64,000 nt of DNA from an uncultured Pseudomonadales bacterium. GTDB taxonomy: Bacteria > Patescibacteriota > Microgenomatia > UBA1400 > PJMF01. Below the pieces are notes generated by a model. That model did not search any database, was not told where the DNA came from, and saw only the letters and a program-made list of their open reading frames with translations. This document shows, piece after piece, positions 38,675 to 49,320 of this stretch. The stretch is taken from contig CAYWDM010000001.1 in the NCBI GenBank assembly GCA_964457085.1, forward strand, positions 242,914-306,913, read 5' to 3'. The first letter of the stretch is position 1. Every line of letters starts with the position of its first letter. The position numbers and the translations under genes were made by a program.

Positions 38675-40122
38675 GTGAACAATTCATAAATATTTCCGAG
38701 AGAGAAATTGCCATAAGTGAACTTTTCAGACAGGCACTCGAACGAGGTGAACTCCCTGAAGAAATCACACCAGAGCTTTTTACTGAAATACTCGACTTCC
38801 CAAATCATTTTCCAGATTTGAGAAATCTCATACAACAACTTGGCAAAGATAGCCGACTCACATACAAAACTGAAGCAAAAGGTAGATATGTGGGGGACAG
38901 CGATGAATCAAGAAATGCCTTTGCAGCAGCGTATGCTGAAGCGAAAAAAAATCAATTGGAATTTGATAAAAGATATGCTGGAGGCAAACCATTTAACACA
39001 CGCTTATGGGTCCTCTGTCAAACAGTTGCTGGAGGTGAACCAACACATACACATAAACTGTATTACTTAATGCTCAAAGCTGGCAGTGCCTGCCAACTTT
39101 CCTATGAACTCACCCCACAGGCAGTTCCATGGACCTCACTAGAACTAACTGATTTACTCCCAGCAGTATTCAAAGGCAGACCAACCACACTCAATCCAAA
39201 CCAAGTCGGTGATTTTTCACTTTTGGCAAGATTCATCTATGATCATCTTGATCAGTTTGATGTAGCAATCATTACTAACTCTGGTAGCGATGAGCGAAAT
39301 GCAGCAAATATTTCTCGAGGCAAAGAAGTAACTATCCAAACCAACTCGCTTCGAAACTTGCTGAAAGCATGGCAGAGTCAACTTGGTGGTATCAGCCCAC
39401 ACAACGTTAACCTTGACCCTGGCAAGCTTGTCGGTAGTGATGGGCATAAAGTCGAGAAGGGGAAACTACATTCATCCAGTATCGAGCTTTTCCCTCGTGC
39501 AGGCACCTCCAGCATCGTCAGAAGATTTGAAGAACTTTTTGTTACACTCGACCTACACGATCTCCAAGCAATCCAAAAAACACTTGGTTTTGTAGCGGAG
39601 CTCGACGAAGATAATCGTCAATTTTTTGCAGCTCATGTGAGAAGGGTCGAGTTAATTCTATTGGGACTCGTGGCAGATACCAAACAAAAAGGCCCAATCA
39701 AAAATTTACTCGATCGAACAACTACGCCAGCAGAGCCTTCTCACGCACATGATGCTTTGCAACTGCTTCAGGAATTTGCAACAACGACACCAGACCAGGG
39801 AAACAAACCAGATTTACATGGAATTGAACAAGTAAATTCTGGAAATTTCACTCCTATAGCTGAACTAGAACAATTATCTTATAGACTCGATAATTGCTCA
39901 AAACGTAGTTTTGGGGTAGCCCAAGCACTGTTGGTGCAGCTATCTGAAGCAAAACTACAGGCGACAGCCGCAACCGTAAATAATCGTTGGACCGAAGCAG
40001 CTGACTACAATGCATTGGTTGAGAATCTTGAAAAGCTCATGCACTGGTGCACCTTGCTGGTCACCAATCCAGTTGCGAGTGATGCACTTGGATTGGATGA
40101 GGCTTGGACTCAATCCGACTAA
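38671..40122 (+). CDS. Hypothetical protein
   Basis: 483-aa ORF overlapping the HIT stop. Confidence 0.7.
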   Translation: MSEQFINISEREIAISELFRQALERGELPEEITPELFTEILDFPNHFPDLRNLIQQLGKDSRLTYKTEAKGRYVGDSDESRNAFAAAYAEAKKNQLEFDKRYAGGKPFNTRLWVLCQTVAGGEPTHTHKLYYLMLKAGSACQLSYELTPQAVPWTSLELTDLLPAVFKGRPTTLNPNQVGDFSLLARFIYDHLDQFDVAIITNSGSDERNAANISRGKEVTIQTNSLRNLLKAWQSQLGGISPHNVNLDPGKLVGSDGHKVEKGKLHSSSIELFPRAGTSSIVRRFEELFVTLDLHDLQAIQKTLGFVAELDEDNRQFFAAHVRRVELILLGLVADTKQKGPIKNLLDRTTTPAEPSHAHDALQLLQEFATTTPDQGNKPDLHGIEQVNSGNFTPIAELEQLSYRLDNCSKRSFGVAQALLVQLSEAKLQATAATVNNRWTEAADYNALVENLEKLMHWCTLLVTNPVASDALGLDEAWTQSD

Positions 40123-40125
40123 ATT

Positions 40126-43100
40126 ATGCACGAAGTGACTGCTCGTCATCGAATTAAGCTAGCCGACCAAGAAAACGGTACTTCTCCATTTGGCACAAGT
40201 AGTGAGACGCGGGCACAAAAAAAAGCAGCTCGTGAGAAACAAGAAAAAATAGCCGATGAGATAGCCACCGACAACTGCCAAACATATCTGTCACAACGTG
40301 ATGGTCACAAACCAACAAATCCAATTTTAGACACCTCAGATTTGAGACTGTTTTACTTTCTTTTTGCTAAAAACCGAATCGGAGTACCCGCACAACTCCC
40401 ATTCCTCGAAAGACGACAGGTTCCCCCTAATTTTGAGCAACCACCTGCATGCTATTTTGTGACAGACGGGTTTGAAGGTGACGAGGCTCAATCACACTAC
40501 AACGTTATTCCCTATCTTCCACACCAATCATATTGGGATCAGGAAAACTTGCCCGAATGGGAACCAGCCACAGATTTAGATGGCTTGGTCTATGAACTAT
40601 TTTCTGGAGGCATCATCAGTCAAGTTGAGTACACAGCATCTCAAATTAGCAAACAGCGTATTGGCAAAGAAGCAATCTTCAAACAACCAAAAAAATATGC
40701 CGGATGGGCAGAGAGCACCACAGTTGCTGGTGTAGACTGGCAAAGAAGTCTCAAACATCAGGAGCGAATCAGTCAAGTAATGACCCGAGGCAGTGTACAT
40801 GCCGATGGACACCGAGTTGTCGGTCAAGGTGAAGATAGATTCTATTTACAATTAGATTATGAACTCGAATCTGAACTTACTACACTTGATGATGAAATCA
40901 AAAACGTACTCATCAGAATTGATGCCTCACAAAATCCAGACAGAATACGAAAAGTTAATGACCCTGAACCAGCTGATTGTGCGACGGAAGCAGAGAGACT
41001 GCTGAATGTCAGTCTCAACATCCTTGACCTGTGTCGCTGGCATATTGACCACCAAACTAATATGCCCAACGTCACTAGTTTGTTAGAACGAGCATATGCA
41101 CAAATCTGCACACTCAACCAACTTGCAAACCATCCGCAACATGCTACACAAACTCAAATAGAATTCTTCTCTGACATTACCAATCTAATCTCTGGATATG
41201 ATTCAAATGAAGCTACCCCCACAGGTGAGCGAATGGTCTTAACTGGTCAAGCTGACTACCTTGATGCATTTTTCATGGTATCAAATAGCTTAACGGTATC
41301 GCTAACACTCAAGAACAACCCCAATCTGCGTGGCAACCGCTATGGATATAAGAGCTATTTTAGCGATGCAGAAAAATCACAGTACAAACCAGAGCAAACA
41401 CTCATATTAATGTCAGTGCTCTACCTTCGTATGCCAACATGGCAAAGAGAAACATACCAGCATGCAATTCGCCATGCATTCACAACCATACTGCAAATTT
41501 TACCTGACACAGACGAAGCCAGTTTACTTGACAACTCGCATCTAGCAATACCTTTTGTTGGATCAAAAAAAGCTGTTGCCTTTGAAGACGTTGATGATCG
41601 TACCATGGCTAAGCTGGGCGGCAACTTGCATGTCATATTAGCTGATGTTTTGGCACACCCTGAAGATATTCCTCACTACGATCATATGCGTTTGAAAACA
41701 GATGGTCGTCTCGAAGCAATTGTTAAACCTGGAGACTCTGCTATTGGTTTTGGTAGTGGTGACGTTTTTGTTGATGAAGAAGGTTTTGTTCAGACTGTGC
41801 ATGCTGACAAAAAACAAAAAACAACACTTAAAGAATTTCTCGCCACAGTGGCAAATGAAGGCAGCTCGGTGCTAGAAAGAATTGCACAGGTACCCGGGAT
41901 GCTTGCGGAGAGCAGGCTGGGCAGAGCTATGGCCGACAAAATCGAGGAGATGCTACAACGAAGTTTAGATGTTGGTAGTGTGGCAGCAGTCGGTGCGGTC
42001 GCTGGCCTAATGGAAAAACTATTAGGCAAAAAACTAGACGCCGCTGATACTAATTTTATTAATTTAATTCAGCAGTTGGGATTAATAAATGCAGAAATAG
42101 TGCAAAGCTGGGAAGCGAATGAGGACGAATTGCGAGAAATGCTTTTGAGATGCAAAAAGGGTGACACTTCAATAACAAACCTCGATGAAATTGGTTTGCT
42201 TATTACATTATTTGCTACTACAGGTGAAGTCCCTCGTTCGTTGTTGGTTGAACAGGCTTCTAAGGGATACGAGAACTTGGCAACGATTACCACAATCCAA
42301 ACTATTATCGCCCTACATGACCTAGATACTAAGAAAGGTTGGAAACTTTTTGGAAAAAAAGAGAAATCAGTTAATAAAGTATTGGCCGCCAAAACTGATC
42401 TTGCTCGCTACCTTCAGGAGAAACGCCAAGAACAAGGTGAGGCTTATGATCCGCAAACTGACCCTGCTTTTCGTGACAAAGCCGAATTAGCAATTGCCAG
42501 CGTTACCAAATTACTTCACCACAACCGTTCTTATGAGAAATCAATGTCTTCACCACTTGCTGCACTAACTGAACTCCAAAAAAGTGGCCGATTGCTCGCT
42601 CGCTGTTCAGTTGATGGTCAGATGCTGACCGCAATTTTGAAATTCATCTCCCCAGACATCATTGTCTACATGGCTTCGACTTATGGAGAAGAGGCTTTAC
42701 TATCTCATGAAGAGTGGCTGACACACCACTTGCCAACTGCGGAAGAATCAGGAAATCACAGTCATAACTTTAGTCAAAGTGATTGGCAGAGTGAAACAGA
42801 GCATCCCGATATCTTTGTTGCAGACGCTACCGGAGGATTTACGTATTCAGTCTCCGGTGCAGATTGTCAGATAGATACAGTTAGATCGGCGGTAATGGAA
42901 AGGGGTAGAGCTAGCACTCAAGGCGTCGCTCAACGAAACTTGAAACAATCAGTGATTGCTCATTGTATAGATTCAGGCTCAACACTCATTTCATCTTTTG
43001 CGAGTGATGCGGGACAACTTGAGTATGCTCTTGAAGCTGATCCTGATAATCCGGTCACACTACTTTGGAGAATTGCCGACACCACTAGCGATCTCTCAGC

Positions 43101-44139
43101 TCGTTTGGACGCACTCGATAAATTGTTAATTCTTGAACCACATTCCCTTGCCATGACAACCACTGGTGACTATCAACTTGCGGGCACCATCAGCAGACTT
43201 GATGAAGTTATTAATCTGGGCTTACGGCATCATCGATTGGGGGCTGCGATGTTTGCAAGTCAAATATTACGAACTGCACATTTTATCCCCCAAGCAGTCA
43301 GAGAGATGGGTAACACTGCATATAGATTGGTCGTACGCAGTTTTGCTCACCTACCGCAAGCAGAATTTGAGGAAGCAATAACACAAGCCAGTCCGCTACT
43401 TATCCCTACTGATGTAGAGACAATTACTCAAGAGAGAACTATTTGGTTGACAGAATTGACTCAACAATTAGCCGCAAACACTAAATCAACGGCACAAAAG
43501 CTACAACTTGAAGCCACAATTAGAGCTGGGGCAGCGGTAGAATTAGAAAACAGCCAACATCAAAACAAAGCAGCATTAGCCGAGATCACAACCACGATTT
43601 CGCAAATAGAAGCAGAAAACAAAGCCTCTAACCCAACCGCAGGGCATCTATCGGTTGATCAGCTGCATGCAGAAATCCGGCAACGATCAAACACACTAAG
43701 TGCACTTAATAGTGATGGCAATTCTGGTGGTGCACTGGGGAATCATTTTGAATCACTCACCGCAGAAAACTCTCAAGGTGCATTACTAGCACTAATTACC
43801 AGAGCTGATGGAAACAGACTAACAGGAGAAGCACTCACCAAACAACTGCAAAATATCACTCTCGGCATCACCAAGGCAGCACTTGAACTCGGTTACACAA
43901 AACTGAGACGACAGCTCGGTGAACGGCTTTCAGCCAGTCTAGAAACTGAAAAAGGTCAACAGATGCTACTCACATCCTCAGAGCCATATGCAGTAGCTTT
44001 ATGTGCAGGTTTTGCAAAAACTGCCGAGACACTACAAATACCCTTGGAAGCATACTCTTTCCCTGAGGCAGTTGAGCAACTATCACAAATGAAAAACTCC
44101 CAACTCGCAGCTAATATTCAACCGTTATTAACGGGGTGA
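40126..44139 (+). CDS. Large hypothetical protein with possible transglutaminase/papain-like domain
   Basis: 1337 aa; RCS...HSHN...VADAT spacing. Confidence 0.65.
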   Translation: MHEVTARHRIKLADQENGTSPFGTSSETRAQKKAAREKQEKIADEIATDNCQTYLSQRDGHKPTNPILDTSDLRLFYFLFAKNRIGVPAQLPFLERRQVPPNFEQPPACYFVTDGFEGDEAQSHYNVIPYLPHQSYWDQENLPEWEPATDLDGLVYELFSGGIISQVEYTASQISKQRIGKEAIFKQPKKYAGWAESTTVAGVDWQRSLKHQERISQVMTRGSVHADGHRVVGQGEDRFYLQLDYELESELTTLDDEIKNVLIRIDASQNPDRIRKVNDPEPADCATEAERLLNVSLNILDLCRWHIDHQTNMPNVTSLLERAYAQICTLNQLANHPQHATQTQIEFFSDITNLISGYDSNEATPTGERMVLTGQADYLDAFFMVSNSLTVSLTLKNNPNLRGNRYGYKSYFSDAEKSQYKPEQTLILMSVLYLRMPTWQRETYQHAIRHAFTTILQILPDTDEASLLDNSHLAIPFVGSKKAVAFEDVDDRTMAKLGGNLHVILADVLAHPEDIPHYDHMRLKTDGRLEAIVKPGDSAIGFGSGDVFVDEEGFVQTVHADKKQKTTLKEFLATVANEGSSVLERIAQVPGMLAESRLGRAMADKIEEMLQRSLDVGSVAAVGAVAGLMEKLLGKKLDAADTNFINLIQQLGLINAEIVQSWEANEDELREMLLRCKKGDTSITNLDEIGLLITLFATTGEVPRSLLVEQASKGYENLATITTIQTIIALHDLDTKKGWKLFGKKEKSVNKVLAAKTDLARYLQEKRQEQGEAYDPQTDPAFRDKAELAIASVTKLLHHNRSYEKSMSSPLAALTELQKSGRLLARCSVDGQMLTAILKFISPDIIVYMASTYGEEALLSHEEWLTHHLPTAEESGNHSHNFSQSDWQSETEHPDIFVADATGGFTYSVSGADCQIDTVRSAVMERGRASTQGVAQRNLKQSVIAHCIDSGSTLISSFASDAGQLEYALEADPDNPVTLLWRIADTTSDLSARLDALDKLLILEPHSLAMTTTGDYQLAGTISRLDEVINLGLRHHRLGAAMFASQILRTAHFIPQAVREMGNTAYRLVVRSFAHLPQAEFEEAITQASPLLIPTDVETITQERTIWLTELTQQLAANTKSTAQKLQLEATIRAGAAVELENSQHQNKAALAEITTTISQIEAENKASNPTAGHLSVDQLHAEIRQRSNTLSALNSDGNSGGALGNHFESLTAENSQGALLALITRADGNRLTGEALTKQLQNITLGITKAALELGYTKLRRQLGERLSASLETEKGQQMLLTSSEPYAVALCAGFAKTAETLQIPLEAYSFPEAVEQLSQMKNSQLAANIQPLLTG

Positions 44140-44266
44140 TGCTGGCCTGGTGGTCATAAAAATCTAACTACTTACTTGCTGAGTACTCTACAATCTGAAA
44201 CTGATTTTTTCCTGATATAATAGCAACTTGTTATCCAAGTAACCCTAAGAAGGGAGGTGAGTTCTC

Positions 44267-44518
44267 TTGCCAATAATCGTAAAAGCCAAAAAAAGCGAAT
44301 CAACTAACGATTTGATCCGCAAATTTAAAAAGCTTGCTGCAACCGCAGATATCGTGCAGATCGTCAAAGATCGCCGCTACTTCCAAAAGCCTTCAAAAGT
44401 TAAGTCTCAAAAGACTGCTGAGATGGGTCGACTGGAAAAGAGAGCTCGGTCACTGAAGAAAATGAAAAACATTTCTCCTCAGGTTCTGGCCAAGATCAAC
44501 CAACGCTTGGGAAACTAA
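44267..44518 (+). CDS. rpsU: 30S ribosomal protein bS21
   Basis: V......ES...LIRKFKK...RRYFQKPS; GGAGGTGA SD, TTG start. Confidence 0.85.
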   Translation: MPIIVKAKKSESTNDLIRKFKKLAATADIVQIVKDRRYFQKPSKVKSQKTAEMGRLEKRARSLKKMKNISPQVLAKINQRLGN

Positions 44519-44534
44519 TTCACTAGCGAAACGT

Positions 44535-44562
44535 AAAAACCCCGCCAACTGGCGGGGTTTTT
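44535..44562. terminator. Bidirectional intrinsic terminator
   Basis: AAAAACCCCGCCAACTGGCGGGGTTTTT between convergent genes. Confidence 0.9.
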
Positions 44563-44591
44563 GGTAAACAATCACAGAAATCACAAAAAAA

Positions 44592-45230
44592 TTAGACCAA
44601 TGGTCCAGATTCAGTGAATCCACTAGTAATCACTTTTTTTGATACATAGTTTTTCCAATACAAAAAACTAAGTAAAAATACTAAAAGCAAAATCAAGCCT
44701 ACGCCTCCAAACACTTGCATGGATGACAAGCCAAATAATTGACCTGGCTCAACCAGAGCCGATTCTGTAGTAGTTTTTTCAAAAATTTGATCAGTAGCTG
44801 TGCTATTAGCACGATTATTCTCTAGAGTCGATTGCTCTGTTCTCATACTAATAAATGAAAGAATCCTGTCATGAGTCGTTTTCACAACCATCTGTATAGA
44901 ATTGTCTATTTCATCAAAAATAAAAAGTTGATTTGATTCTAAAAAATAATTCCTAGTTTCATATTCATAATCAGTAATCGAATGATCGGGCTGCCCCATT
45001 TGGCTATATTGATCCCTATATCTTTGACGATCACTTTTTGGAATATATAGTGAAATATCTAAAATAATATTGTTAGTATCTGAAACAATGCTGTGTGGAT
45101 ATGAATAATCATCCGAGTCGAAATAGTAAATTTTCTCACCCTGTTTATCTAGTATCTCAGAAGCTTGCGAGATAACAGACTGTTCTAGCTTGGAACCAAC
45201 TTGCATTTTTTCTAATTCAAAAAAAGTCAT
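44592..45230 (-). CDS. Hypothetical protein with C-terminal TM
   Basis: 212 aa ORF. Confidence 0.6.
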   Translation of the reverse strand: MTFFELEKMQVGSKLEQSVISQASEILDKQGEKIYYFDSDDYSYPHSIVSDTNNIILDISLYIPKSDRQRYRDQYSQMGQPDHSITDYEYETRNYFLESNQLFIFDEIDNSIQMVVKTTHDRILSFISMRTEQSTLENNRANSTATDQIFEKTTTESALVEPGQLFGLSSMQVFGGVGLILLLVFLLSFLYWKNYVSKKVITSGFTESGPLV

Positions 45231-45242
45231 AGTTATCCTAAT

Positions 45243-47309
45243 TTATGGATTGGGACACTGATTTTGGCCATTGTAAGGTGAATCCGGGTGTTTTTCAAAC
45301 CATTCAAACTGACGTGGTGATTTTCTACGCACCTCACACGGATCTTTTAAATATAATTCTACTGTAGTAGAAAACGCCTCCGCACAGTTTATTCTGCCAT
45401 AATCAACAGGCGGGTACTCCGAAAATCTGTAAGTTGGGGCTTGGCTTTCAGTACTTTTTCGGCATCCATTTGTTTGAGAATATGACGGAACATTAAAACT
45501 CTGATATTTTTCATATGCCCAACGGTGAGCCATCTCGTGAATAATGGTATTTGTACATTTACTCGTATCATCTATGCCAGTGGCACCACAATTCACATGA
45601 ACATCAACTAAACCTACATCAGCAATGTCCACCCAACCACCCCAAGTTGGATGATCTGGGTGTGCTCCACATTGAATTTTTATTTCATCGAAATCAGAAA
45701 GTAATTTTTCAATTTTTGATAAACCAATTGCAACACCAGCAACAACATCCGCTTCACAATCCCCCGAAACTCGAATTGGTTTGTTATCCGCTTGTATCTG
45801 CCAATGTCCATTTTGGCATTGATAATAATAGTCATTTTGACCTTCACAAACTCTGCTCCCATAACAAGTTCCAGCAAAGCTACAAGATTCTACAGGACCG
45901 GCGACACAAGCTTTTCCAATACAAGTAAAGCCACTGCCACAACTTTGATGCTGCCATGCTTTTCCACCGATGCATGTTGCCAATCCCAATCCATCACATT
46001 TCACTTCATTTGCAACACAGAAGTTTGTAGCACACATACCATTATTACAGCCACCATCACAGCGTTCAGATTTCACTAAGAAACCATTTGAATTGCATGA
46101 ATATACGTAGCTAGCATTCCCTTCACTTCCACAGCTATCAGTTCCTGGCCAACATTTTGTACCTGTAATGGGTCCACAAAAATTTCCATATGGTGTTGGC
46201 ACACAATTACCAGCGATACAGTCAGAATTTAAACTACATCGTGAACCATCTGGTGACTTTCCAATGGTTGGTGTAGGAGCTCGGGTAGGGGTGCGAGATG
46301 CTGTTGGCACCGGAACGCAGGCACCATTCTTACATGAACCAGACCAACAAGAACTTTTAACCCAAGCGGTTCCGGTACTATTACATGCTTTCACAGCTGT
46401 GCCATCGCATTCAGTTTTGCCAGGTGTGCAGACACCAGTATTGCAAAAGCCACTGGGACTGCAACCACCATCACATCTTGCAGATTTCACAAAAAAACCA
46501 TTTGAGTTACAGGAGTACTCATAACCTCCCTCGCATTTTGCTTGACTTGCAGTGCATTTAGTACCTGAGATTGGTCCACAGTAATTACCATATGGTGTGG
46601 GAACACAATTTCCTGCCTGACACTGTGCATTGGTACTGCAACGCGAGCCATCTGGCAACAGTGCTAAACTTGGACTCGGACTAACACGTAATGTTGGAGT
46701 GGGTGCGTGAGTAGTGGTTGGCAGTGGAATTGGGGTAGCGGTAGGTGCTTTTGTTGGTTCTGCAGCAAAACAGGTACTGTTTTTGTCGCAATTCCAGCGA
46801 TCCGCAGCAACCCAGTGGCCATCGCTGCATTTCAAACAATCAGTATATGAGTTACAAGCTGTTCCACCCTCATTAAATATATTCTTGCCATCACTACAAG
46901 TTTTTGGCTGAGGCTTTGCACAAATGAGTGTTCCACAGTCACTATTAGGCAAAATATGCTTTTCGCCATTTACGCACATCACGCAGTTACCCCATGTGGC
47001 TTCTGAGTCAAGACATACTGGCTTGGTGTTTCCACCAGAACCACTGTAATCACACTTGGAATATACATTAACACTGCCAAACCCAGCTGCTTGTTGACGC
47101 AAATCTTGACTAGTTTGCGCTAACATGAATGCCGCCACACCTCCAACCATCAGCAAAGTGATTAAAACTGCACCCATCACTCCCTTGATGCCGAGTTTGA
47201 AAAAATGTTTTTTTAGGGAACTATAAAAATTTAGTTTTGCCGACAAAACTGGCTTTTGCAAGTCAAATTCAGACAACCCATCATTATTTACTGGCAACTG
47301 ATCCTGCAT
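45243..47309 (-). CDS. Cys-rich repeat surface protein with C-terminal zincin-like domain
   Basis: N-terminal TM + QDLRQQA, P/T linkers, duplicated Cys modules, IIHEMAH...EAF. Confidence 0.8.
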   Translation of the reverse strand: MQDQLPVNNDGLSEFDLQKPVLSAKLNFYSSLKKHFFKLGIKGVMGAVLITLLMVGGVAAFMLAQTSQDLRQQAAGFGSVNVYSKCDYSGSGGNTKPVCLDSEATWGNCVMCVNGEKHILPNSDCGTLICAKPQPKTCSDGKNIFNEGGTACNSYTDCLKCSDGHWVAADRWNCDKNSTCFAAEPTKAPTATPIPLPTTTHAPTPTLRVSPSPSLALLPDGSRCSTNAQCQAGNCVPTPYGNYCGPISGTKCTASQAKCEGGYEYSCNSNGFFVKSARCDGGCSPSGFCNTGVCTPGKTECDGTAVKACNSTGTAWVKSSCWSGSCKNGACVPVPTASRTPTRAPTPTIGKSPDGSRCSLNSDCIAGNCVPTPYGNFCGPITGTKCWPGTDSCGSEGNASYVYSCNSNGFLVKSERCDGGCNNGMCATNFCVANEVKCDGLGLATCIGGKAWQHQSCGSGFTCIGKACVAGPVESCSFAGTCYGSRVCEGQNDYYYQCQNGHWQIQADNKPIRVSGDCEADVVAGVAIGLSKIEKLLSDFDEIKIQCGAHPDHPTWGGWVDIADVGLVDVHVNCGATGIDDTSKCTNTIIHEMAHRWAYEKYQSFNVPSYSQTNGCRKSTESQAPTYRFSEYPPVDYGRINCAEAFSTTVELYLKDPCEVRRKSPRQFEWFEKHPDSPYNGQNQCPNP

Positions 47310-47368
47310 AAGCTCAAACAGTATGGCACAGCACAATCGCTTATCACAATTAGTGTGTAAGAAAAATA

Positions 47369-47983
47369 CTATTTCTTTCTCGACTTGATTTTCGCTCTGA
47401 TATTAAAATCCCATTGATCACCGTCACTGGTGTCAAAACTAGTGGAATTAGTGATTTGGTGGTAATTCACCAAGTGGTTGCTGAGCGTCTCTTCAATTTC
47501 TTTTTTCTGATCATTTAACTCACCAATCTGCACTTTTAGTGAAGTAACTTGGGGGTCAGTCTGCAGCTGACTGCGACGAACCTTAACCTCCTCTGAAATT
47601 GCCTCAACCTTTGCCTCGGCTTCTCCCAGTTGAGCATCGTTGTCATATACGTTTCGAAGCGATTCACGTTTTTCACCCATCTCTTCACTTACCCGACGAA
47701 GCTCATTGGCGTAACGTTCGATTAAATTCTGCAGTGAACCCAATGTTTCAGCTAATTCGTTTGATTTGGCAACTTCATCATCTTCAGCAGCAGAAACAGA
47801 CAAAGTTTTTGATGTTTTTGGACTTAAATCAGTTTTTGTTTCTCCCATTAATTCCGCAGCCAAGTCGTCTGGTGATGATAGCTGTTCCAATTGTGAAGTC
47901 TCTAATGCTGCCACATCTGGTTTTGCTGGTAATGCGGTTGGATCTGTTGCTACAGGTAACGCGGTTTTATTGTCGGACATCAT
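47369..47983 (-). CDS. Coiled-coil hypothetical protein
   Basis: 204 aa, acidic N-terminus, heptad pattern. Confidence 0.7.
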   Translation of the reverse strand: MMSDNKTALPVATDPTALPAKPDVAALETSQLEQLSSPDDLAAELMGETKTDLSPKTSKTLSVSAAEDDEVAKSNELAETLGSLQNLIERYANELRRVSEEMGEKRESLRNVYDNDAQLGEAEAKVEAISEEVKVRRSQLQTDPQVTSLKVQIGELNDQKKEIEETLSNHLVNYHQITNSTSFDTSDGDQWDFNIRAKIKSRKK

Positions 47984-48140
47984 TGCCTTTCTAATTGCAA
48001 GATATCTGGAATTACGTATATATCATCCATAACGTATTGAAAAAAGTGTGTTCAATTTTAGTCAACACCATTCCAGATTTATAACAAATCTCACTCTAAC
48101 GTAATTTGTCTCATCAGGCAAGCGGGCTTATACTACAACT

Positions 48141-48542
48141 GCGCAGCCGGATCATGGCCGTTGGCATTCATTGAGTGCTAATGGAGGAAAGTCCGGACAG
48201 CTGATACAGGGTGCCTGTCGATGAGGCAGGGGATTGGGCAACCAATCACAGTGAGAGCAACAGTGACGAACCGGGTGACGCCGGGTGAAACGGCCAAGTG
48301 TCTGGGCGTATATTATTGATTTCGATCAGTAATCCTCGGCAATCCTCCCCGCTGCAACGAGCGAATTTGACCTAATTGGATGTACTCCCTATTGGTTGAG
48401 GCAACTCAACCGAGGTCATAATGACTCGGCATAGATAGATCATGATCTAGGAACTTGTCTAAAAAGCCACATGTCAGCTACCAAAAGCGAAGTGAGACTT
48501 TTCAAACAAGTTCCAAGACAGAATCCGGCTTATAGGTTGCGC
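48141..48542 (+). ncRNA. rnpB: RNase P RNA
   Basis: GAGGAAAGTCCG, GTGAGAG, ACAG, GGTGAAACG, ACAGAATCCGGCTTAT; terminal pairing GCGCAGCC/GGTTGCGC. Confidence 0.95.
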
Positions 48543-48558
48543 GACTAGCAAAAAAACA

Positions 48559-48588
48559 TAACGCAAGGCTTCATCGCCTTGCGTTATA
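48559..48588. terminator. Hairpin after rnpB
   Basis: ATAACGCAAGGC...GCCTTGCGTTAT. Confidence 0.6.
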
Positions 48589-48600
48589 ATGGAAAAGCAT

Positions 48601-49320
48601 ATGAATAATCCAACCTCTTACGTTGCATTCGTTATTTCACAAAGTCTTGAGGTAATATCGGTCTTTTTACCGAGGCTTGCTGCCGCATTTGTAGTTTTTG
48701 CACTTGGAGTACTTCTGGCAAAATTAGCGCGAAAAGTGCTAATCAAGATACTCTCAGCCGCCAACTTTTCCATTTTTTTAAAGAAAACCCCCATACAGCT
48801 TGCCTTTGAAGGTCAAGATATTGGAGCACATATTGAGAGATTGGTTGTTGGTGTAGTCTACTGGTTGCTATTGCTGATGACGGTTCATGCTAGTGCTGCA
48901 ATTTTAGAAATTACTTCAGTTACATTAGTTATTGAAAAAGTACTTAATTATTTGCCCCAAGTTCTCTCGGCATTTATCGTTTTGAGCTTTGGATTACTGC
49001 TAGCCGGCCTAGTTGAATCGGTAGTCAAAGCAGCATCACGAGGTATTGGTATCCACAATTCGATCTTACTTGGAAAAATTGCCAGCTATAGTGTGGTCAC
49101 GATTGCCGCTTTAAGTTCGCTTTCAGAACTTGGCATTGCCAAAGAATTTGTAACGATTTTATTTGTTGGCTTCGTCAGCAGTGCAGCACTTGCGAGTGCG
49201 TTAGCAATAGGTTTGGGCAGTAAAGAATTGGTGCAAAAGGTACTAGGTGAGTGGCATGACAAAAATTTCTCTAAACCAACCGAGGTTGTAGATAGTCCAA
49301 CAACTGCTAAGAAAAAATAA
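48601..49320 (+). CDS. Small-conductance mechanosensitive channel TM-helix (CmpX-like) protein
   Basis: FLPRL.AA, YLPQVLSA, ELGIA, AIGLGSKE. Confidence 0.8.
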   Translation: MNNPTSYVAFVISQSLEVISVFLPRLAAAFVVFALGVLLAKLARKVLIKILSAANFSIFLKKTPIQLAFEGQDIGAHIERLVVGVVYWLLLLMTVHASAAILEITSVTLVIEKVLNYLPQVLSAFIVLSFGLLLAGLVESVVKAASRGIGIHNSILLGKIASYSVVTIAALSSLSELGIAKEFVTILFVGFVSSAALASALAIGLGSKELVQKVLGEWHDKNFSKPTEVVDSPTTAKKK

